This document shows positions 55,601 to 64,000 of a stretch of 64,000 bases of DNA, in pieces. This DNA is from Antedon mediterranea (Eukaryota > Animalia > Echinodermata), in NCBI RefSeq assembly GCF_964355755.1, contig NC_092677.1, positions 20,482,101 through 20,546,100 on the forward strand, in the 5' to 3' direction. The notes below the pieces were generated by a model. The model saw nothing but the letters and a program-made list of their open reading frames with translations. It did no database searches and was not told where the DNA came from. Numbering within the stretch: the stretch's first letter is position 1; every line of letters starts with the position of its first letter. A program made the position numbers and the translations under genes.

Positions 55601-58600
55601 GAGACGTTTTAGACCATTTTGTGATTTTCGAAAAAACTTGTTAACATAAAAACACCAAAGTGCTTAGAAAAGCTTCAAATCGCATTTGGAGACGTTTTAG
55701 ACCATTTTGTTCATTTCGATGAAACTTGGTTACACAAAAACATCAAAGAGCACAAAAGATCTTAATATCGTAATTAAAAACGTTTTAGACCATTTTGAGC
55801 ATTTCGAAAAAACTTTTTCACACAAAACATCAAAGTGTACAAAATAGCTTCAAATCGCATTTTGAGACGTTTTAGACAATTTTGTGATTTTCGAAAAAAC
55901 TTGTTTACATAAAAACACCAAAGTGCTTAGAAAAGCTTCAAATCGCATTTGGAGACGTTTTAGACCATTTTGTGCATTTCGATGAAACTTGGTTACACAA
56001 AAACATCAAAGTGCTTAAAATCACATTTTGAGCATTTCGTTAAAACTTTTCACACAAAAACATCAAAGTCCACAAAATAGCTTAATATCGTATTTAAAAA
56101 CGTTTTAGACCATTTTGAGCATTTCGAAAAAACTTTTCCACACAAAACATCAAAGTTTACAAAATAGCTTCAAATCGCATTTGGAGACGTTTTAGACCAT
56201 TTTGTGATTTTCGAAAAAACTTGATAACATAAAAACACCAAAGTGCTCAGAATACCTTCAAATCGTGTTTTGAGACGTTTTAGACCATTTTGTAATTTTC
56301 GAAAAAACTTGTTAACATAAAAACACCAAAGTGCTCAGAATACCTTCACATCGCATTTTGAGACGTTTTAGACCATTTTGTGATTTTCGAAAAAACTTGT
56401 TAACATAAAAACACCAAAGTGCTTAGAAAAGCTTGAAATCGCATTTGGAGACGTTTTAGACCATTTTGTGCATTTCGATGAAACTTGGTTACACAAAAAC
56501 ATCAAAGTGCTTAAAATCACATTTTGAGCATTTCGTTAAAACTTTTCACACAAAAACATCAAAGAGTAAAAAATAGCTTAATATCGTATTTAAAAACGTT
56601 TTAGACCATTTTGAGCATTTCGACAAAATTTTTTCACACAAAACATCAAAGTGTACAGAATAGCTTTAAATCGCATTTGGAGACGTTTTAGACCATTTTG
56701 TTCATTTCGATGAAACAAAAACACAAAAACATCAAATTGCACAAAATGGCTTAATATGATATGGGAAAACGTTTTAGACCATTTTGAACATTTCGTTAAA
56801 AGTTTTCACAAAAAAACATCAAAGTCCAAAAAATAGCTTAATATCGTATTTAAAAACGTTTTAGACAATTTTGAGCATTTCGAAAAAACTTTTTCACACA
56901 AAACATCAAAGTTTACAAAATAGCTTCAAATCGCATTTGGAGACGTTTTAGACCATTTTGTGATTTTCGAAAAAACTTGTTAACATAAAAACACCAAAGT
57001 GCTCAGAATACCTTCAAATCGCATTTGGAGACGTTTTAGACCATTTTGTGATTTTCGAAAAAACTTGTTAACATAAAAACACCAAAGTGCTCAGAATACC
57101 TTCAAATCGCATTTTGAGACGTTTTAGACCATTTTGTGATTTTCGAAAAAACAACATAAAAACACCAAAGTGCTCAGAATACCTTCAAATCGCATTTGGA
57201 GACGTTTTAGACCATTTTGTGATTTTGGAAAAAACTTGTTAACATAAAAACACCAAAGTGCTCAGAATACCTTCAAATCGTATTTTGAGACGTTTTAGAC
57301 AATTTTGTGATTTTCGAAAAAACTTGTTAACATAAAAACACCAAAGTGCTTAGAAAAGCTTCAAATCGCATTTGGAGACGTTTTAGATCATTTTGTGCAT
57401 TTCGATGAAACTTGGTTACACAAAAACATCAAAGTGTACAGAATAGCTTCAAATCGCATTAGAAACCGTTTTAGACCATTTTGAGCATTTCGAAAAAACT
57501 TTTTCACACAAAACATCAAAGTGTACAAAATAGCTTCAAATCGCATTTGGAGACGTTTTAGACAATTTTGTGATTTTCGAAAAAACTTGTTTACATAAAA
57601 ACACCAAAGTGCTAAGAATAGCTTCCAATCGCATTTGGAGACGTTTTAGACCCTTTTGTGCATTTCGATGAAACTTGGTTACACAAAAACATCAAAGTGC
57701 TTAAAATCACATTAGAAACCGTTTTAGACCATTTTGAGCATTTCGTTAAAATTTTTCACAGAAAAACATCAAAGAGCAAAAAATAGCTTAATATCGTATT
57801 TAAAAACGTTTTAGACCATTTTGAGCATTTCGACAAAACTTTTTCACACAAAACATCAAAGTGTACAGAATAGCTTCAAATCGCATTTGGAGACGTTTTA
57901 ACCCATTTTGAGCATTTCGATAAAATTTTACACACAAAAACATCAAAGTGCACAAAATAGCTTAATATGGTATTTAAAAACGTTTTAGAACATTTTGAGC
58001 ATTTCAACAAAACTTTTTCTCACAAAACATCAAAGTGTACAGAATAGCTTCAAATCGCATTTGGAGACGTTTTAGACCATTTTGTGCATTTCGATGAAAC
58101 TTGGTTACACAAAAACATCAAAGTGCTTAAAATCACATTTTGAGCATTTCGTTAAAACTTTTCACACAAAAACATCAAAGAGTAAAAAATAGCTTAATAT
58201 CGTATTTAAAAACGTTTTAGACCATTTTGAGCATTTCGACAAAATTTTTTCACACAAAACATCAAAGTTTACAGAATAGCTTTAAATCGCATTTGGAGAC
58301 GTTTTAGACCATTTTGTTAATTTCGATGAAACAAAAACACAAAAACATCAAATTGCACAAAATGGCTTAATATGATATGGGAAAACGTTTTAGACCATTT
58401 TGAACATTTCGTTAAAAGTTTTCACACAAAAACATCAAAGTCCACAAAATAGCTTAATATCGTATTTAAAAACGTTTTAGACCATTTTGAGCATTTCGAA
58501 AAAACTTTTTCACACAAAACATCAAAGTTTACAAAATAGCTTCAAATCGCATTTGGAGACGTTTTTAGACCATTTTGTGATTTTCGAAAAAACTTGTTAA

Positions 58601-61600
58601 CATAAAAACACCAAAGTGCTCAGAATACCTTCAAATCGCATTTTGAGACGTTTTAGACCATTTTGTGATTTTCGAAAAAACTTGTTAATATAAAAACACC
58701 AAAGTGCTCAGAATACCTTCAAATCGTGTTTTGAGACGTTTTAGACCATTTTGTGATTTTCGAAAAAACTTGTTAACATAAAAACACCAAAGTGCTCAGA
58801 ATACCTTCAAATCGAATTTTGAGACGTTTTAGACCATTTTGTGATTTTCGAAAAAACTTGTTAACATAAAAACACCAAAGTGCTCAGAATACCTTCAAAT
58901 CGTGTTTTGAGACGTTTTAGACCATTTTGTGATTTTCGAAAAAACTTGTTAACATAAAAACACCAAAGTGCTTAGAAAAGCTTCAAATCGCATTTGGAGA
59001 CGTTTTAGACCATTTTGTTCATTTCGATGAAACTTGGTTACACAAAAACATCAAAGAGCACAAAAGATCTTAATATCGTAATTAAAAACGTTTTAGACCA
59101 TTTTGAGCATTTCGAAAAAACTTTTTCACACTAAACATCAAAGTGTACAAAATAGCTTCAAATCGCATTTTGAGACGTTTTAGACAATTTTGTGATTTTC
59201 GAAAAAACTTGTTTACATAAAAACACCAAAGTGCTTAGAAAAGCTTCAAATCGCATTTGGAGACGTTTTAGACCATTTTGTGCATTTCGATGAAACTTGG
59301 TTACACAAAAACATCAAAGTGCTTAAAATCACATTTTGAGCATTTCGTTAAAACTTTTCACACAAAAACATCAAAGTCCACAAAATAGTTTAATATCGTA
59401 TTTAAAAACGTTTTAGACCATTTTGAGCATTTCGAAAAAACTTTTCCACACAAAACATCAAAGTTTACAAAATAGCTTCAAATCGCATTTGGAGACGTTT
59501 TAGACCATTTTGTGATTTTCGAAAAAACTTGATAACATAAAAACACCAAAGTGCTCAGAATACCTTCAAATCGTGTTTTGAGACGTATTAGACCATTTTG
59601 TAATTTTCGAAAAAACTTGTTAACATAAAAACACCAAAGTGCTCAGAATACCTTCACATCGCATTTTGAGACGTTTTAGACCATTTTGTGATTTTCGAAA
59701 AAACTTGTTAACATAAAAACACCAAAGTGCTTAGAAAAGCTTGAAATCGCATTTGGAGACGTTTTAGACCATTTTGTGCATTTCGATGAAACTTGGTTAC
59801 ACAAAAACATCAAAGTGCTTAAAATCACATTTTGAGCATTTCGTTAAAACTTTTCACACAAAAACATCAAAGAGTAAAAAATAGCTTAATATCGTATTTA
59901 AAAACGTTTTAGACCATTTTGAGCATTTCGACAAAATTTTTTCACACAAAACATCAAAGTGTACAGAATAGCTTTAAATCGCATTTGGAGACGTTTTAGA
60001 CCATTTTGTTCATTTCGATGAAACAAAAACACAAAAACATCAAATTGCACAAAATGGCTTAATATGATATGGGAAAACGTTTTAGACCATTTTGAACATT
60101 TCGTTAAAAGTTTTAACAAAAAAACATCAAAGTCCAAAAAATAGCTTAATATCGTATTTAAAAACGTTTTAGACAATTTTGAGCATTTCGAAAAAACTTT
60201 TTCACACAAAACATCAAAGTTTACAAAATAGCTTCAAATCGCATTTGGAGACGTTTTAGACCATTTTGTGATTTTCGAAAAAACTTGTTAACATAAAAAC
60301 ACCAAAGTGCTCAGAATACCTTCAAATCGCATTTTGAGACGTTTTAGACCATTTTGTGATTTTCGAAAAAACTTGTTAACATAAAAACACCAAAGTGCTC
60401 AGAATACCTTCAAATCGTGTTTTGAGACGTTTTAGACCATTTTGTGATTTTGGAAAAACTTGTTAACATAAAAACACCAAAGTGCTCAGAATACCTTCAA
60501 ATCGCATTTGGAGACGTTTTAGACCATTTTGTGATTTTCGAAAAAACTTGTTAACATAAAAACACCAAAGTGCTCAGAAAAGCTTCAAATCGCAATTGGA
60601 GACGTTTTAAACCATTTTGTTCATTTCGATGAAACTTGGTTACACAAAAACATCAAATTGCACAAAATGGCTTAATATGGTATGGGAAAACGTTTTAGAC
60701 CATTTTGAACATTTCGAGAAAACTTTTTCACACAAAACTTCAAAGTGTACAGAATAGCTTCAAATCGCATTAGAAACCGTTTTAGACCATTTTGAGCATT
60801 TCGAAAAAAACTTTTTCACACAAAACATCAAAGTTTACAAAATAGCTTCAAATCGCATTTGGAGACGTTTTAGACCATTTTGTGATTTTCGAAAAAACTT
60901 GTTAACATAAAAACACCAAAGTGCTCAGAATACCTTCAAATCGCATTTTGAGACGTTTTAGACCATTTTGTGATTTTCGAAAAAACTTGTTAACATAAAA
61001 ATACCAAAGTGCTCAGAATACCTTCAAATCGTGTTTTGAGACGTTTTAGACCATTTTGTGATTTTCGAAAAAACTTGTTAACATAAAAACACCAAAGTGC
61101 TCAGAATACCTTCAAATCGCATTTGGAGACGTTTTAGACCATTTTGTGATTTTCGAAAAAACTTGTTAACATAAAAACACCAAAGTGCTCAGAAAAGCTT
61201 CAAATCGCATTTGGAGACGTTTTAAACCATTTTGTTCATTTCGATGAAACTTGGTTACACAAAAACATCAAAGAGCACAAAAGTATTTAAAAACGTTTTA
61301 GACCATTTTGAGCATTCCGACAAAACTTTTTCACACAAAACATCAAAGTGTACAGAATAGCTTTAAATCGCATTTGGAGACGTTTTAGACCATTTTGTAG
61401 TTTTCGAAAAAACTTGTTAACATAAAAACACAAAAGAGCTTCAAATCGCATTTGGAGACGTTTTAGACCCTTTTGTGCATTTCGATGAAACTTGGTTACA
61501 CAAAAACATCAAAGTGCTTAAAATCACATTAGAAACCGTTTTAGACCATTTTGAGCATTTCGTTAAAACTTTTCACACAAAAACATCAAAGTCCACAAAA

Positions 61601-64000
61601 TAGCTTAATATCGTATTCAAAAACGTTTTAGACCATTTTGAGCATTTCGAAAAAACTTTTTCACACAAAACATCAAAGTTTACAAAATAGCTTCAAATCG
61701 CATTTGGAGACGTTTTAGACCATTTTGTGATTTTCGAAAAAACTTGTTAACATAAAAACACCAAAGTGCTCAGAATACCTTCAAATCGCATTTTGAGACG
61801 TTTTAGACCATTTTGTGATTTTCAAAAAAACAACATAAAAACACCAAAGTGCTCAGAATACCTTCAAATCGCATTTGGAGACGTTTTAGACCATTTTGTG
61901 CATTTCGATGAAACTTGGTTACACAAAAACATCAAAGTGTACAGAATAGCTTCAAATCGCATTAGAAACCGTTTTAGACCATTTTGAGCATTTCGAAAAA
62001 ACTTTTTCACACAAAACATCAAAGTGTACAAAATAGCTTCAAATCGCATTTGGAGACGTTTTAGACAATTTTGTGATTTTCGAAAAAACTTGTTTACATA
62101 AAAACACCAAAGTGCTCAGAATAGCTTCCAATCGCATTTGGAGACGTTTTAGACCCTTTTGTGCATTTCGATGAAACTTGGTTACACAAAAACATCAAAG
62201 TGCTTAAAATCACAGTAGAGACCGTTTTAGACCATTTTGAGCATTTCGTTAAAATTTTTCACAGAAAAACATCAAAGAGCAAAAAATAGCTTAATATCGT
62301 ATTTAAAAACGTTTTAGACCATTTTGAGCATTTCGACAAAACTTTTTCACACAAAACATCAAAGTGTACAGATAAGCTTCAAATCGCATTTGGAGACGTT
62401 TTAAACCATTTTGAGCATTTCGATAAAATTTTACACACAAAAACATCAAAGTGCACAAAATAGCTTAATATGGTATTTAAAAACGTTTTAGACCATTTTG
62501 AGCATTTCAACAAAACTTTTTCTCACAAAACATCAAAGTGTACAGAATAGCTTCAAATCGCATTTGGAGACGTTTTAGACCATTTTGTGCATTTCGATGA
62601 AACTTGGTTACACAAAAACATCAAAGTGCTTAAAATCACATTTTGAGCATTTCGTTAAAACTTTTCACACAAAAACATCAAAGTCCACAAAATAGCTTAA
62701 TATCGTATTTAAAAACGTTTTAGACCATTTTGAGCATTCCGTCAAAACTTTTTCACACAAAACATCAAAGTGTACAGAATAGCTTTAAATCGCATTTGGA
62801 GACGTTTTAGACCATTTTGTAGTTTTCGAAAAAACTTGTTAACATAAAAACACAAAAGAGCTTCAAATCGCATTTGGAGACGTTTTAGACCCTTTTGTGC
62901 ATTTCGATGAAACTTGGTTACACAAAAACATCAAAGTGCTTAAAATCACATTAGAAACCGTTTTAGACCATTTTGAGCATTTCGTTAAAACTTTTCACAC
63001 AAAAACATCAAAGTCCACAAAATAGCTTAATATCGTATTTAAAAACGTTTTAGACCATTTTGAGCATTTCGAAAAAACTTTTTCACACAAAACATCAAAG
63101 TTTACAAAATAGCTTCAAATCGCATTTGGAGACGTTTTAGACCATTTTGTGATTTTCGAAAAAACTTGTTAACATAAAAACACCAAAGTGCTCAGAATAC
63201 CTTCAAATCGCATTTTGAGACGTTTTAGACCATTTTGTGATTTTCGAAAAAACAACATAAAAACACCAAAGTGCTCAGAATACCTTCAAATCGCATTTGG
63301 AGACGTTTTAGACCATTTTGTGATTTTCGAAAAAACTTGTTAACATAAAAACACCAAAGTGCTCAGAATACCTTCAAATCGTATTTTGAGACGTTTTAGA
63401 CAATTTTGTGATTTTCGAAAAAACTTGTTAACATAAAAACACCAAAGTGCTTAGAAAAGCTTCAAATCGCATTTGGAGACGTTTTAGACAATTTTGTGAT
63501 TTTCGAAAAAACTTGTTTACATAAAAACACGAAAGTGCTAAGAATAGCTTCCAATCGCATTTGGAGACGTTTTAGACCCTTTTGTGCATTTCGATGAAAC
63601 TTGGTTACACAAAAACATCAAAGTGCTTAAAATCACATTAGAAACCGTTTTAGACCATTTTGAGCATTTCGTTAAAATTTTTCACAGAAAAACATCAAAG
63701 AGCAAAAAATAGCTTAATATCGTATTTAAAAACGTTTTAGACCATTTTGAGCATTTCGACAAAACTTTTTCACACAAAATATCAAAGTGTACAGAATAGC
63801 TTCAAATCGCATTTTGAGACGTTTTAACCCATTTTGAGCATTTCGATAAAATTTTACACACAAAAACATCAAAGTGCACAAAATAGCTTAATATGGTATT
63901 TAAAAACGTTTTAGACCATTTTGAGCAATTCAACAAAACTTTTTCTCACAAAACATCAAAGTGTACAGAATAGCTTCAAATCGCATTTGGAGACGTTTTA
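46603..64000 (+). repeat. Satellite DNA array, ~87-88 bp monomer, segment 3 (runs off the window end)
   Basis: Same monomer family and orientation; resumes in register after the LINE (ACAAAAACATCAAAGTCCAC at 46603). Confidence 0.98.
53700..60330 (+). repeat. Recent tandem duplication, period 3307-3308 bp (boundaries approximate)
   Basis: Rare variants AAATCGAATTTT (55501/58809), ATCGTAATTAAAA (~55770/~59078) and AAAGTCCAAAAAAT (56821/60129). An extra T near 58562 shifts the offset by 1. Confidence 0.88.

Noticed and set aside
3624-62049. Numerous 61-103 aa ORFs (MRFEAILYTLMF..., MLKCSKCSKTF..., MHFDETWLHK...)
   Set aside because: They are chance translations of satellite monomers, recurring identically with the duplicated blocks, and show no domain signature.
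1-64000. CRISPR-like appearance (constant core separated by variable sequence)
   Set aside because: The intervening sequences are a few homologous recurring variants, not unique spacers. There are no cas genes, and the LINE and MITE indicate a eukaryotic context.

Overview
Eukaryotic, AT-rich satellite DNA fills about 96% of the window. It is a head-to-tail array of ~87-88 bp monomers, roughly 700 copies by length estimate, all in one orientation. Several monomer subtypes and deletion variants are arranged in irregular, nested higher-order duplications (periods of 927, 1437, 2811, 3307 and 4360 bp, plus a 12386 bp offset block). Two insertions interrupt the array. (1) A 940-bp non-autonomous TTAA-flanked DNA transposon (piggyBac-like MITE, 15308-16247) with 14-bp TIRs. 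It contains a ~400-bp module bounded by 64-bp inverted repeats, and that module encloses a degenerate tRNA-like RNA polymerase III unit (A box, B box, oligo-T). (2) A 5'-truncated ~1.3-kb Rex1/Babar-like LINE (45310-46602, minus strand) with an uninterrupted RT frame and a 5-bp-repeat tail. Near-identical empty-site paralogues of both insertions lie in the same window, so the junctions can be read base by base. No host protein-coding gene is supported; the short ORFs are satellite translation artefacts. All alignments were done by eye.
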